From positions 114,452,001-114,516,000 of the forward strand of contig OZ024745.1 of assembly GCA_964016885.1 (NCBI GenBank): DNA of 64,000 bases, read 5' to 3'. Position numbers and translations under genes: made by a program. The DNA comes from Eledone cirrhosa (taxonomy: Eukaryota). Under the pieces are notes generated by a model. That model saw only the letters and a program-made list of their open reading frames with translations, was not told where the DNA came from and searched no databases. Of this stretch, positions 17,416 to 30,536 are shown one piece after another. Position 1 is the stretch's first letter, and each line of letters starts with the position of its first letter.

Positions 17416-17471
17416 TTTTTAATCGATTACTTTCTTTAATCAGTCTAATTGAGAACAATGTTATATAATAT

Positions 17472-17622
17472 ATAATTGTTTCTACTTTTGGCACAAGGCC
17501 AGCAATTACCCAGTACATTACTGGTACTTTATTTTATCGACCCCGTAAGGATGAAAGGCAAAGTTAACCTCGGTGGGATTTGAACTCAGACCGTAAATGG
17601 ACGTAACTATGCTGGAAAGCCC
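17472..17622 (-). mobile_element. SINE group A, 5'-truncated
   Basis: Reverse complement of the group A body and the tail ggccttgtgccaaaagtagaaacaattat. Confidence 0.85.
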
Positions 17623-17624
17623 TT

Positions 17625-17890
17625 CCATTCTCACCAGATACAGAGCATTGCCTTCTTCGTATACTGACCAGTTTTGGAATAGCTGAAGGTGGTTCATTTC
17701 GTTTTCTCCACCGTTTACGCTCCACATTGTTGTAAACAATCCATCTTTCATCACTTATGATCATTCGTTCCAAAAATGGATCGTTTTTGTTTCGTTTAAG
17801 CAGAGAATCGCAGATGAAATTGGGCTTTATCAAATTTGTTTCCAATGAATTATGAGGCACCTCAAACATCATAGTGATTCACGTATCCAA
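17625..17890 (-). pseudogene. Mariner transposase fragment
   Basis: ICDSLLKRNKNDPFLERMIISDERWIVYNNVERKRW resembles the mariner TGDEKW region containing the first catalytic D. Confidence 0.85.
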
Positions 17891-18225
17891 GTATTGTCAA
17901 ACATTCTGTAACGCTTATGTGTGAAGTATCTCTGCAGATGAATAAATATCCTGAAATACCGGTGTTTCATGTTCTCATACGGCTACTGAGATAGCTACGA
18001 CATGATCACAGCTTAAAATACCCATAGAGAGAATTGTGTATATTTATTAGACTTATTAGCTTCTCTATCCTTTGAGAGCTTTGTGATTGACTCAGACAAC
18101 TCGATTAATACCTGGTGTATGGCGGCTACTACTTCGATTCATACCCAATATATATATATATATATACAATAGGCTTCTGTGCAGTTTATCTCTACCAAAG
18201 TCCACTAACAAAGTATTAGTCAATC

Positions 18226-18260
<35 letters not shown>

Positions 18261-18789
18261 CATATTTCCGTCATAGGGACTACGGCTATTTTAAGGCAAC
18301 ATCATCATGAATCAATTATATTGATCTCAATAATTAGTTTGGTACACTGTTTATTGGTTTCTTTTTATCGAATGGCTAAATCATTACTTCGAGTTTTACG
18401 TCATCGAACATCGGCAATGACTTGTCACGTGTTTCATTTCAATAGTTTACTTTTACTTGATTATTAAAATATCAATACCAGATTTCTTTTTGCTGTTGTT
18501 GTTAGCCATCAAGTTAGCCATAATGAAAAAACCTATAATCTAGTAGTGGCCACCCTCTCTCGAATGTCTATAACTGCATTGTCCAATCTTCATTTTCTTA
18601 AGTTTGTGGGATATTTGATTGCTATTTCTAGCCTGTGGAACAGTCGTGTTGAGACTCCTTCGTTTTCTCGGCTCCTTCGTTGGTTCATATTCCGTTAAGT
18701 CGAAATGCTGAAGTGTTGAAAGACTGAAAGAGAAGATAAATGAAGCCACTGTCTCAATCCCTAAAATAACTTTTAAAAAGTCTAAAGTC

Positions 18790-19062
18790 TGTCTCGGGTC
18801 CGGAGGATCATCAGGCCGGTGCTTGACCTGGTTTCTGTGGCGTGAAGCGACTGAGAGTACAATATTCTCCTTGGACGGGATGCTGGTCCATCGCAGGGAT
18901 AAACCCTCAGCTTGGTACTTATGTTCATCTAAGTATACTAGCGCAGCGTGAAATGAAGTGTTTTGCTCAAGAACACAACGCACAACTTAGTCCAGGAATT
19001 GAACCCACAACATTATGATCGGAAGTCCAATACATTTACCATTAGGCCACGTGCCTCCACTA
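18790..19062 (-). mobile_element. tRNA-derived SINE group B
   Basis: Minus strand gtggcctaatggta...gggttcaattcctgg...gttgtgttcttgagcaaaacacttcatttcac; related to 48235-48450, 60260-60500 and 60800-61045. Confidence 0.8.
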
Positions 19063-19299
19063 AAATAACTGGTACTATAAAGTGAACGTTTGCTCCTCCA
19101 ACTACGTACAAAACTGATCATCGAGGTAAATGTTTGAGGCGCGGTGTAAGAAATCTCGTTTACGAATAACAATCTGCTTTAAATAGTTTCCCTACCTTTA
19201 CACGGTTTTTGTATTTTCGAACCCTTTTTATTCAATTTTCTGTCGTTTTCTATCATTTCTATAAGTAGTTACTGTTAAATGTTCTTACATAATATCAAA

Positions 19300-19592
19300 T
19301 ACTCCGTTGGTTACGAAGACGGGTTTTCCAGTTGATATGATCAATGGAACAGCGTGCTCGTGAAATTAACGTGTACCCTTAGCGTAGTTCTCGAGGAAAT
19401 TCAGTGTGACACAAAATGTGACAAGGCTGGCCCTTCGAATTACAGGTACAACTCATTTTTGCCAGCTGAATGGACTGGATCAATGTGAAATAAAGTGTTT
19501 TACTCAAGGAGACAACGTACCGTCGGGAATCAAAATCATAACCTTACGCTTGTCATCCGAATACTCTAACCACTAAGCCACGCACCTTCACA
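19300..19592 (-). mobile_element. tRNA-derived SINE group B (different tail)
   Basis: Minus strand gtgaaggtgcgtggcttagtggttagagt...cttgagtaaaacactttatttcacattg; same head as 39797. Confidence 0.8.
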
Positions 19593-20039
19593 CATAATAT
19601 CTTATAATGTGGAAACTCTAACAAGTTCAAAGTCTTTGAAGATATATATATCTTTTTATACGTAGATGTTGCCTTTGACGCACATTCTCCACAAGAATTG
19701 TATACGGTCAACTTAACATTTTAGAATTTTAGCTTGAATATAAGACAAATGTTGAACTAAAGAATCTAAGTAAAACCACGCATTATAGAAAAACCACAAA
19801 CATCTACCAATCAGTTATCCTTTATAAATCGGATTAATCCGCCTGGAGATTTCTCCGTATAAAAAATAACTTTGCGAATGAAATAACGTACAAACCACAG
19901 GGAATTGCAGAAAAGAGATCAGGGAATATAAGAAATTGAACGTCAATGTTGATATTACATAATCTAATACGTTTTTGTATGGCTGTTATTGTTACGCTTT
20001 TGTACTAACTTGAAGAAGTAACTCAATATATTTAATTTA

Positions 20040-20225
20040 CATTTTTTCTTGTTTTCCTCCGTAACTCTTGAGGGTGTCGTTGGAGCGTATACTGTATTAC
20101 ATACAGTATTTCCTTCTCCAGGTCTGTCTGAATACAGCAGATTTCTTCCAGAGAAGGATGGAGAGTGAGAAAATGGAAATGAGAAGGAGATATAGAAGAA
20201 GAATTGACCCCAGTACTGACAACAC
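20040..20225 (-). mobile_element. Composite SINE tail (tccttctctggaagaaatctgctgt family)
   Basis: The same segment follows a group A SINE body at 23220-23500 (+), 55215-55390 (-) and 60085-60250 (+). Confidence 0.6.
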
Positions 20226-20344
20226 AGGTGATTTCTTCCATAGGAGAGAGAAAGTGAGGAGATACAGGGGAAGAATAGGCTCCAGTGCTGGACTAACAGC
20301 TGACCTACATACAGCAGCTCGAGTCCTTACGTACAAAGGAATAA

Positions 20345-20985
20345 TCTTCTACGTTGCTTGGTAGGCTCATCATGGAGTGCTAACACATCCATCCTACGTA
20401 CCAGTGCCCTAGCCTTGGTCTACAGTGTTGCGAATTACACCTCCCCTCTTTGGTGCAGGAGCTCCCACACCAAGATGCTAGGTACAACCTGAACGACACC
20501 TTAAAATTCATTACCGGATGTCTCCGTCCTACACCGGGTGTGCTTTCAAGCATTGCTCCTGCACCTCTTCCTGGAGAGCATCATACACATAGACTGGTCA
20601 CCAAGGCCTCAATAGACCCAAGTTATCTGCTCCACAACAAGGTCCGACTTGATATCATACCGCTCTTTCTCTCGTCACGCACCAAAGCTGGCAGACTCAG
20701 GTTTCAACACGCTTCAGACGTGGAGAACTAGCTGGCAACTGACATCTCGACCTCAATTGAATGTCAGCCTCAATACGGTCCTCCCCACAGGCGCTAACAT
20801 CCCTCAGAGGTAGTGTGTATCCCTGAATGGATTACGCACATGTGTCGGCCGATTCGATACAGCCATGGTGTACTTGTGGCTGCGTCCATCAGCCGCTTGT
20901 GAGTGTGGCTCATCAGAGCAGACTGCTTAACATATACTGCCCGGATATCGATCCACCTCAGTATATGGACATGACACACCCTAAC
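20345..20985 (+). pseudogene. Vingi/Ingi-like LINE 3' ORF remnant
   Basis: LVGSSWSANTSILRTSALALVYSVANYTSPLWCRSSHTK...LNDTLKFITGCLRPTP..VLSSIAPAP resembles the post-RT region of Vingi-type LINEs. Confidence 0.75.
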
Positions 20986-21069
20986 CCCCCCCCCCCCCGT
21001 GATCTGGTTACAACGTCAAAGGCAGATCACATAAATACGCACGAAGAAGGCCAAATCTCTTTATTGTCC

Positions 21070-21190
21070 TTGAAAGGATGAAAAGCAAAGTCGACCTCGA
21101 CGGGATTTGAACTTAGAACGCAGAGAGCCATAATGAATACCGCAAAGCATTCCATCTGATGTTCTAACAACTCTGCCTATTCAACACATA
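21070..21190 (-). mobile_element. SINE group A partial
   Basis: aaggatgaaaagcaaagtcgacctcgacgggatttgaacttagaacg. Confidence 0.7.
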
Positions 21191-21629
21191 TCTAAAACAT
21201 AGATATCTATCTTAGATAGCTCTGCTGCATGAAGAGTTGTAAGGTCCACGAGAATATCCCATACGTCATTAACAACACATTTTAATGTCTGTAAAAGAAA
21301 GCTGAGATAAATGGATGATGTAATACGAAGGGTGAATACTGTTGATAAGTGCGGAAGTGACTGGTAAGTTGTGTATGTTATACAGTCTCATTTCTGGATT
21401 AGGAAATATATAAATATCTCTCAAACTTATTCCCAGTTTCCTATGCATGCTAAGATTTGTTCCATTATAAAAAAGTAATAACAATTATTTATCTCAGCTT
21501 TCTATATTTATAAAATGGTAGCTTAGTCAAACTTAATATAAAGAATGATGTGCTCGTGCGCAGAGATGCTTCTTAAAAACAGACTAGCTGTTTTACTGAT
21601 CTGTTTATAGTGTCAATCATTCCAAACCA

Positions 21630-21810
21630 AAATTGATTTCTAATTTAGGCACAAAGACAGCAAATTTAGGGGTAGGACAAAGTTGATTAAATTAACCCCA
21701 GTACTTGACTGGTACTTTATTTTATCGATCTCAGAAAGATGAAAGACAAAGTTGAATTCGGTGAGATTTAAATTCAGAGTGTAAAGACCCGGAACAAATA
21801 CCGCAATTGC
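21630..21810 (-). mobile_element. SINE group A
   Basis: Body and tail match the other copies. Confidence 0.75.
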
Positions 21811-22189
21811 AGTTTATCAGAATCCAAACAAATCGACAGCATTGTTGCTATGTTGAAGAATCAACCAATATCACTGATTTCGATAACTCAAACATTCTTA
21901 TACTACTCACAGTTAATACAGTTAGCCAACAGAACGAAACAATAAAAATAGGGTACAATCGATACTTTAGATTCATCATGGATTTATAACAGTCCTGACA
22001 GTACCTTCAATCTCTCCACAACAAACCACAATAAGCTAACTGTATAAGGACTGTTTCTCAATCGGCGTTTCACTGTGAACGATACTAATTCCGTAAGGGG
22101 TCCTTAGTGTTTTCCTTGGGCTTGGACTTTCGAGCTTGTAAGCGACACAAATATCATTCGAGGTCTAAAGTGTTTCACTCATGTTTTAG

Positions 22190-22560
22190 GCATCGGATTT
22201 ATGAATGACGCAAATGCTGTTTTGAACGCACACTGTTTCACTTGAGTTTGAACTTCGGATCTGTGAATGACACAAATGTCGTTGAGTGTCCACGGTAGAC
22301 ATTTTTCGGGTCCCACTAGTTGTCATAGTGCCTTGATTATAATCAAAAGCGGTTTGGATGCACATGGTTTTCCATCGCATCTGAAACCAGTGACATTAAA
22401 CCGAGGGGACGGCAAAAGACCGAGTGATATCAGTATATTTCGGTTCCGATACGGTAATTCTCTAATTTGGTTTGCAACCTACAGCGATACATTCTCCATC
22501 AGAGATGGCATAGGCTCACAAAACAACACATTCAACGATGGAACTTTCTAGTAGTTGATT
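22190..22560 (+). pseudogene. CRE-like LINE C-terminal restriction-like endonuclease remnant
   Basis: HSALIIIKSGLDAHGFPSHLKPVTLNRGDGKRPSDISIFRFRYGNSLIWFATYSDTFS resembles the RGDGKRPDG...LxWDATxxDT motif. Confidence 0.7.
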
Positions 22561-23044
22561 TATCTAACCATTGTGGTAGCCAAACAATTTTATTTTTGTT
22601 TTAAAATGGGGTTCATAATTCAAATGACTAATTTTCCATTTATCCGCCCACAATCCAGTCGAAGCAGTTATGACTTGACTACTAATCAAACGCCTAAAGT
22701 TCAATCAAATTTGGCACATCAAACTATTTATATCTGATTTCTGATGTGTTTGTATTATCGATTTATTTTAAACATTGGTAAATCTTAATGTGCTCAGTAT
22801 TGTACAATTGCTAGTCTATTAGAGTCAATGGCTGTATACGAGTAGTTAATTATCTACTTTATGATGTTCGTTTATTAATCTATAACTCAGTACTCAGTAT
22901 AATGGTATATATTGTTCTTCAGCACCAGTTCAACTTTGATCGGGAAAATCTATCATGGAAAAAATTTCGGCCATAACAATTCCGTCTTTTAAAGGCTTTC
23001 TAGGAATACATTATCAAATTTGTTTTTCCCTGTTTAAGACAGTA

Positions 23045-23279
23045 TGGCGACGAATTGGATCAGTCGTTAGAACGTCAGATAGACTGTTTTGACGTATTTG
23101 TTTCCGCTCTCTGCTCTCTCAGTTCAAATAACGCCGAGGTTAACTTTGCCTTTCATCCATTCGAGTTGGATAAAAAAAAAAAAAAGTACCAGTAAACTAC
23201 AGGAGCCCATTGTTCCCATATATATCTTTCTCATTTCTTCTCTACCACTCCCTCTCTTCTCTACCACTCCCTCTCTTCT

Positions 23280-23337
<58 letters not shown>

Positions 23338-23500
23338 ACCACTCTCTCTTTCTCCTTCTGTGGAAGCAATCGGCTGTGTTCATCAGACCTGGAGAGGAGA
23401 TGGGCTCCGTCAGGTTTAAAAATGCACAAAAAACGTTGTATTTCACTACGGCGCCTCCATAACTCCCTCGGGAGTTGCGAGATCAAGCATGTCATCCATA
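23045..23500 (+). mobile_element. Composite SINE (group A head plus extended tail) with internal (CT)n
   Basis: B-box cagttcaaata, body gcctttcatcc, tail shared with 20040-20225. Confidence 0.65.
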
Positions 23501-24440
23501 TTTAAGTCAATGAATAAGATATTAGAAAGTGTGGGGTGCTTTTATTTTTTTCTAAAAGGTTGAACAATTTTATAGAGGCTCCCTTGTCGGTTCGGTTTAT
23601 TGTGCGTCTATATCGTTGGTGATTCAACATATATCGCTTTTGTTGACGGTTTAGTTTATGTATATGTAATAGTAAGTTTAGGCCTATGTTTTCTTAACTA
23701 GTGGTCTACCCTATGTATATGTAATCTGCTCTATATCTGCTTTCTAAGAGATGTAATAACTATCTATTGGGAGTAGGATAATGGAGTAGCTGATTTAGTA
23801 CGTGCTGAAATTTTGTTGGGATATCGTACAGGATATAAAAATAGAAAATTACATTTGTCTGACAAATATCGATTATGTTACAGTAGACGAAGCAGGTCTA
23901 TTCGATTCCACTAAGAACCACTAACAAATTAGGTAGGGACAATGTAGGCTATTTATAATTTCAGGTTATTGCCTATAGCGATCACACATTTTGATTGTGA
24001 CAATATTGGTAACTAATTAATACAAACTAACTAATTAATACAAGATAGTCCATAAAAAAGAGAGCCGATTTCTGGAAGTTAAATATCTCACATCTCCCTG
24101 CGTGAAAAGTCTACCCAGAATATTCTCTATGAAAGATAAAGAAAGGGCACACTTCCAGTAGTTCAATATGTATGCGTGCGCGGCATGTGAATGCATGTGC
24201 ATGGAGGTGTTTCGGTCCACACACACACACATATATATATATATATGATAATAATGGAGCTGCGGCGTTGCAAATGGGTTACATATGAAAAAGTAAGTCC
24301 TTCATCAGTGGCCCTCCAACCGTCCTAGGCATTTCATCGCTTTAAGGGCCATATACCTCAGGTTGGTGCGAACAACGGCTAAAAAAAGTCGTTGGGACAC
24401 GTAAATAAAGGGGACGTTAGGGTCAACAAACAAAATGGTT

Positions 24441-24553
<113 letters not shown>

Positions 24554-24742
24554 GAAAAATCAGAGATGCATCGGAACTCAAATTATTGTGTGTTACAGTT
24601 GTTTCCCCGGCGAACAGCTCGAGGTACGATCTGTATGTGGATCGACCTGACTCTAGACTCGCAGGTTCCTCGGACACGTCTATGGATTTCGGAGCATAGA
24701 GTGCTCAACCGGCATACCGCATATGGAAGCATCTTAGCTACC

Positions 24743-24801
<59 letters not shown>

Positions 24802-25081
24802 AAGTATGTCCATAGAATCATTTGATAAGATATATACACAATCTCCTCTCCCAATCACCATAATCAACCACACAAAAAAACAATTAAACCAGGCTATAAG
24901 ATTAAAAGGCACCTGTGAAGAAATAATAGATAAATAAACGACAGCCATCTATTCGCTACAACAGCTATAGAATATCTACCCAGCATTTCAATAGCACGTG
25001 GAAATCGATTAAATATATCGTCAACCATACACAATTAGGTATAAAATTAAAGTTAGAAGAAAAAATGTATATAAACATATC

Positions 25082-25446
25082 AAGCTATATCTGTATATAT
25101 ACAGAGTAGGTAACAGAGACTGCGCCAATGTGTGTATAAATATACACATGTGTAATATATAGACATGTAAACATGCCAGAAAATACGAATGTTTATCATT
25201 TTCTGTATATCTGTATATATACAGAGTAGGTAACAGAGACTGCGCCAATGTGTGTATAAATATACACATGTGTAATATATAGACATGTAAACATGCCAGA
25301 AAATACGAATGTTTATCATTTTCTCAATTTACGGGGAAATTCATATTTTCTGGTATGTTTACATGTCTACATATTAAAAATGTGTATATTTGTAACACCT
25401 TCATGCAATCTTGATTACTCACTCTGTGTATATTCTGATATAGCTT
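25082..25446. mobile_element. Fold-back MITE-like element with an internal 120-bp tandem duplication
   Basis: 25086-25204 is repeated exactly at 25206-25324; 25345-25446 is a diverged reverse complement of 25082-25185. Confidence 0.7.
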
Positions 25447-25473
25447 TATCGTACACTTCGGCTGTTTAGTGCA

Positions 25474-25541
<68 letters not shown>

Positions 25542-25609
25542 GCAACTACACACCTTAAATAGCAACTACACAGCCACTTCTATTCTCCATATATTTCATT
25601 ATATATATA

Positions 25610-25737
25610 TATTAGGATTGTTGCTCTGAAATAGCGATGTATACATGAATGTATGTATGGTATATTTGGCAACATACCGTATGTTTAATTAAAAGCATTT
25701 TGAAGACCTTGCGCTAACATTTTTAAAGTAGTGACTA
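25610..25737 (-). mobile_element. Partial copy of PLE-type family X tail
   Basis: ttaattaaaagcattttgaagaccttgcgcta...aagtagtgac aligns to 38640-38717. Confidence 0.6.
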
Positions 25738-26282
25738 TATATATATAAAGAGAGAGGGGTGGGGAGAGAGAGATTATGTCAGGTCACTTTCGTGCGTTAC
25801 TGGTAATGGTCGGCAGACTAAACTGACAACCCCACCAAGCTAGCCAGGTGATGAAGATGATTTTTTGTACATCCTGCAGGAAGAAAAACAAAACCCGTCA
25901 AAGGGCGGAAGAATTCATAATAGTCAACGGTCATCCAAAAGTTTACTCGGAGAGGGAAACTCTGGTAGAAAACCTGAAGATGAGTATGTTGCTAATCGGT
26001 TCCTTTCAGGAAGATGGAGACCAAGAACATGCATACGATGCACATAACTAAATCAGCAGCCAGTAGTCAACAAAGAGACAATCCACAAGATGGGTGACAG
26101 GCAGATGAAATATAGAAAAGATTAAAAAAGGAGAACAAGAAGTTCACTGGCACACAGAAATGACTGGAAGAAGGAAATAAAGTAAAGCGATGTAAAAGAC
26201 AAGTTTACACACACACATCTTCACCTTCATCAGCCCTCAAACCAGCAAAATGGTTTCGCACGATTAAGATATACATAAAAAA

Positions 26283-26872
26283 TAATAATTGTTTCTACTT
26301 TTTGGCACAAGGCCAGCAATTATCCCAGTGTATTACTGGTACTTTATTTTATCGACCCCGTAAGGATGAAAGCAAAGTTAACCTCGGCGGGATTTGAACC
26401 CAGATCATAAAGGGACGTAACTGTGCTGCAAAGCATGGCGTCCGACCCTCTACCGATACTGCCAATCCACAATGGTTATTGATTTAGGCACAAAGCCAGC
26501 AATTTGAAGGGGAAGGAAGAATTAGATTATATCGACCCCAGTGCTTACTGGCACGTAAGGATGAAAGGCGAGGTTAACCTCGGCAGGATTTGAACTCGGG
26601 TCGTAAAGGGACGTAACCCTATGCCATAAAGTATGTTGTCCGACGCTTTAATGACACTGCTAACCCTACATAAAAAATAATTGTTTCTACTTTTGGCACA
26701 AGGCCAGCAATTACCCAGTACATTGCTGGTACTTTATTTTATCGACCCCGTAAGGATGAAAGACAAAGTTAACCTCGGCGGGATTTGAACTCAGATCGTA
26801 AAGGGACGTAATTCTTTGCGTCAAAGCATGGCGTCTGACCCTCTACTGATACTGCCAATCCACCGATAAAAA
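26283..26872 (-). mobile_element. Three tandem SINE group A copies
   Basis: Three successive bodies at ~26283-26470, ~26475-26665 and ~26675-26870. Confidence 0.9.
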
Positions 26873-27265
26873 ATAATAATGAAAAGAAATACCTCGCTTT
26901 CTTCTTCTCCACAAAATTTATCAAAGATTTCTAGAGTTAGGGAAATGTTAGCATTTATATCTCAGGGTGTAGGCTTTGGATAAGAGGGAAGTAGTGGTTA
27001 GTGGTATATGAGGCCTATAAATTGACTGGTCACTTCAAGTTTTGGAAAAGGAAGGGAAATAGAAGCAAGAAGAGGGTTACTGGGGACAATGGATATAGAA
27101 CCAAATAGTGTGGTTGGCGCTTTTGTGGATAGAAAGGGAACAAAATAGATAGATATGATGTGGCAAAGTAATGAAATGAGGGTAGGTACTAAGTTCAGAA
27201 TAAATGGAAATAGATAGGATTTAAAGTAAAAAAAGGATAATCAAGTTCTAAGATGTGTAATTACT

Positions 27266-27442
27266 ATTATCGGTAGAGTGTCGGACGCCATGCTTTCCAG
27301 CATAGTTACGTCCCTTTACGATCTGAGTTCAAATCCCGCCGAGGTTGACTTTGCCTTTCATCCTTACGGGGTCGATAAAATAAAGTACCAGTAATACACT
27401 GGGTAATTGCTGGCCTTGTGCTTAAAGTAGAAACAATTATTT
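27266..27442 (+). mobile_element. SINE group A, young copy
   Basis: tatcggtagagtgtcggac...gagttcaaatcccgccgagg...agtagaaacaattatt; nearly identical to 61335-61518. Confidence 0.9.
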
Positions 27443-28308
27443 ATAATTTTAGTCTAATGAATAAATACATCTTTTTATGCAATTAAATCAGGAATAATGT
27501 TAAAAAATTATCGATTATTAAACAAAATAAACAAACTATTAAATGATTAAATTATGCAAAAAATAAATAAAACCGAAGGACTTGGATCAAACTAAGTGAA
27601 TAATGATAAATGCAGGATTTATTTAGTAAATAATTATAGGGGTGGGGTGGCTGTTGCAGCGGGTGACGCTGGCCTTTGACTGCGGGAATGCTTTTGTTGT
27701 CTAATCCACAGAGCGCAGCCCCTCACCACAGCGTCCTAGGCCCAGAGCCCATCACCCCCCTTCCCCTTCCGCTTCCTTCTCTTCTGTGACTCTAGATCCC
27801 TTGCCCTTCCCTTCCTTTTCCGTTCTTTTTATTTTCTTATTTTACATTCCATTCTTTCTTCTCAATCTATTTTATTCTTTTTCTATTAAATTGTTTTTAC
27901 TATTATAAAAAGAAATTATTGAAGTGTTCAATCAGGAATAAGTCTATAGGCTATTAAGTTGAATAAATAAATCCTCATTATACAATTGAGTAGGAATAAC
28001 ACTGACTGTGTTAATAAATATTGGTTATTAGACAATTAAATACTAATTCCAGAATAAGTGAACAATGTATAAATAAATGAATGAATGACTGAATAAGTAC
28101 GGCCTGAAGATATCTGTATATCTCTCCACCTGTTTACTTGCCTTTCCATCTTTCTGTCAATCAGCATGTCTATCTGTCTGTCTCTATGTATACATATTTA
28201 CCAAAGTATCTATTTTCGGACAAGATACAACAAATCACAAATCACAATAGTTTTCCGAAAATAGATAGATAGATGGATAGAGAGACAAACAGATAGATTG
28301 GCAGGCGG

Positions 28309-28372
<64 letters not shown>

Positions 28373-28491
28373 TGTTTCTTTATTAGCCACAGGGGCACAA
28401 AAGAAGGGGACAAATACAAAGGGGGAAATTTACATACAATAAAAACGTGTAGATAGATAGATAGATAGAACTCATCGTAATTTAGTAGATA

Positions 28492-28518
28492 CTAGCAGAA
28501 TTGCCAGCGTTGCTCGGG
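28492..28518 (-). mobile_element. Putative Helitron 3' terminus
   Basis: Minus strand cccgagcaacgctggcaattctgCTAG|t: GC-rich imperfect hairpin about 10 nt before CTAG, followed by T; 5' end not identified. Confidence 0.5.
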
Positions 28519-28876
28519 ATTCTAAACATAGATTGGCATGTTTATCCCTCCTTTCTGAAACAGTACAGAGAAGTACGGAATACCTCGGGATGGTGTCTAC
28601 ATTTTGTGCTTAGAAAAAAAATTTGTCGTAGATTACCAGGGTTTTTTTTGTGCGAAGAAAATCAATACTTTATCGCGAAATAAATACGTTTGTTTATATT
28701 TTGTCATTGTGTATGCAAAAATATCTGTACACGAATATATAATTATATATATATATATTAAAATAACAGATTAAAGTTTAAGCAAAGAATCGCTGCTTTC
28801 ACCCTTAACGGGATCTTCTGAGACTAAAAAAAATCAATCTGTGAACGCAGAAGTAAATATTTCGAAAATCGTTACA

Positions 28877-28924
<48 letters not shown>

Positions 28925-29056
28925 TATATATATACATATATACACACACACACACACATATAGCGTCATAATGTCGTAATGCAGCCAGCCAGACATACAG
29001 ACAGATATTATAAGGGCGCAACGTTATATCTATGTATCTATCTAAAAAGAAAGAAT

Positions 29057-29112
29057 TATCTTTACTAGTGTGTGTTTATATGTGTTTGTTGTTATTGTGC
29101 TTGTGTATGTAT

Positions 29113-29147
<35 letters not shown>

Positions 29148-29760
29148 TACTTCTCTTAGGTCAGTGTTGTTTGTTTGCGTGTTGTTATTCCATTCATTCT
29201 TTCTGTTTAGCCTTGGCCTTCTAAGTTCTATTTCACTGGCCTCTCTGATTTGCCTATCTGCTGGGTAAATAACAATACACATCTTCTGGGTCAATACACA
29301 AGCACAATAACAACAAACACATAAACACACACTAGTAAAGATAGAATACATTAACCAATACACAGTCACCCAATCACGAACACACATCAAACAAAACACT
29401 ATACACACACGCAAACGCATGCGCAAAGAAGACAAAATAAAATAAACAAATAAATAAATATATAAACAGACTAAATAAAGATGGCGTAGAAAATACAATG
29501 CAACGGGAGGAAACAATAGCACCACTGGCGATGTTGCAGATGTGCAACGAAAGAACTTTGATAGGCTATATATATGTGTTTGTGTCTATATTGTATCTGT
29601 ATTTTTGACTGTCGGTCAGTCAATGGCAACATTGAGGACCGAATAAATTATACCGATATAAAAGACACAGAAGCGAAAAGCGAAAACCAACCAAACAGTG
29701 AGTGTGTTCTGTTATTAATTCTGGTAATATTACACAAATATGACCCTCCCCAAGTATAAC

Positions 29761-29762
<2 letters not shown>
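29057..29762 (+). mobile_element. PLE-type fragment with inverted segment and degenerate HHR
   Basis: 29057-29108 is the reverse complement of 29294-29343; CTGGCGA-tgttgcagatgtgcaac-GAAA-gaac-TT at 29525-29558 (A6G core change); ends in the E4-type terminus and (TA)n. Confidence 0.55.
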
Positions 29763-29792
<30 letters not shown>

Positions 29793-29795
29793 GAT

Positions 29796-29848
29796 GAGAT
29801 TCTACAGGACTAGAACTGTTTCATTCATTAGAAATCATCAGGAATCTC
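29796..29848 (-). ncRNA. Type I hammerhead ribozyme motif (GUA), mirror copy
   Basis: Exact reverse complement of 29850-29902. Confidence 0.8.
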
Positions 29849-29849
29849 T

Positions 29850-29902
29850 GAGATTCCTGATGATTTCTAATGAATGAAACAGTTCTAGTCCTGTAGAATC
29901 TC
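29850..29902 (+). ncRNA. Type I hammerhead ribozyme motif (GUA)
   Basis: gagattc-CTGATGA-tttctaatgaat-GAAA-cag-ttctagtc-ctg-TA-gaatctc; stem I 7 bp, stem III 4 bp, stem II 3 bp above a U.U pair. Confidence 0.8.
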
Positions 29903-30060
29903 ATCTATATTAAAACGGTTATACTCTGCTATGTATTGAGTACCTTACTTACTGTGGTTACCTCCGATTCAACCCGGAATAACGTATATATATATATATA
30001 TATATACGTGGAGAAATATATAAAGGAGAACAAACCGTTAAAACATGTTTATTTAAAATA

Positions 30061-30102
30061 GCACCTACGTACGTTTCGCCCGAACGGGCTTCTCAAGGGC
30101 AT
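30061..30102 (-). ncRNA. Type I minimal hammerhead, U3-A8 core variant (GUA)
   Basis: Minus strand atgccc-TTGAGAA-gcccgttcgggc-GAAA-cgtacg-TA-ggtgc; palindromic stem III, weak stem I; AATAAA and (TA)n follow downstream. Confidence 0.7.
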
Positions 30103-30447
30103 AACAAATTAAAAAGCGTTCCTTACATGACCCCTAATGGGTTTTAGAGATAAGTTCACATCACAGTCCATTCTTCGTAAAAAACATGTATTGATTTTGC
30201 AGTAGTATCCATACTTTTACTCTATCACTCTATTACGTGTTCCAGCTGACAGACGGGGACCATGCTGGGGCACCAAGTGAACAAATATTTAATTGTACAA
30301 ACTATTGTACTCTGCTGATCAACGACTAACGTCCGACACGTTGAACTTTTTTATCTTTATTTCTCTCCCTTCATCCAAAGCATGAACCTAATAACACTAA
30401 TTGTTTTGTATCTCTGTGTTTGTCATTTTTTATTTTATATATATTTA

Positions 30448-30449
<2 letters not shown>

Positions 30450-30535
<86 letters not shown>
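30450..30535. repeat. (TG)n microsatellite
   Basis: Direct reading. Confidence 0.95.

Positions 30536-30536
<1 letters not shown>

Larger units (their letters stand above)
29788..29985 (+). mobile_element. Fold-back PLE-type element family E2 in (TA)n
   Basis: Perfect palindrome 29788-29910 (pivot 29849) plus a ~75-nt tail ending aacg-(TA)n; relatives at 15118 and 45085-45245. Confidence 0.85.

Noticed and set aside
24316-24366. Minus-strand HHR (ccaac-CTGAGGT...GAAA...gttgg) as functional
   Set aside because: A9 and the cleavage triplet are mutated; at most a relic.
26283-26872. CRISPR-like repeat-spacer pattern
   Set aside because: Tandem SINE copies in eukaryotic DNA; no fixed-length repeats or cas genes.
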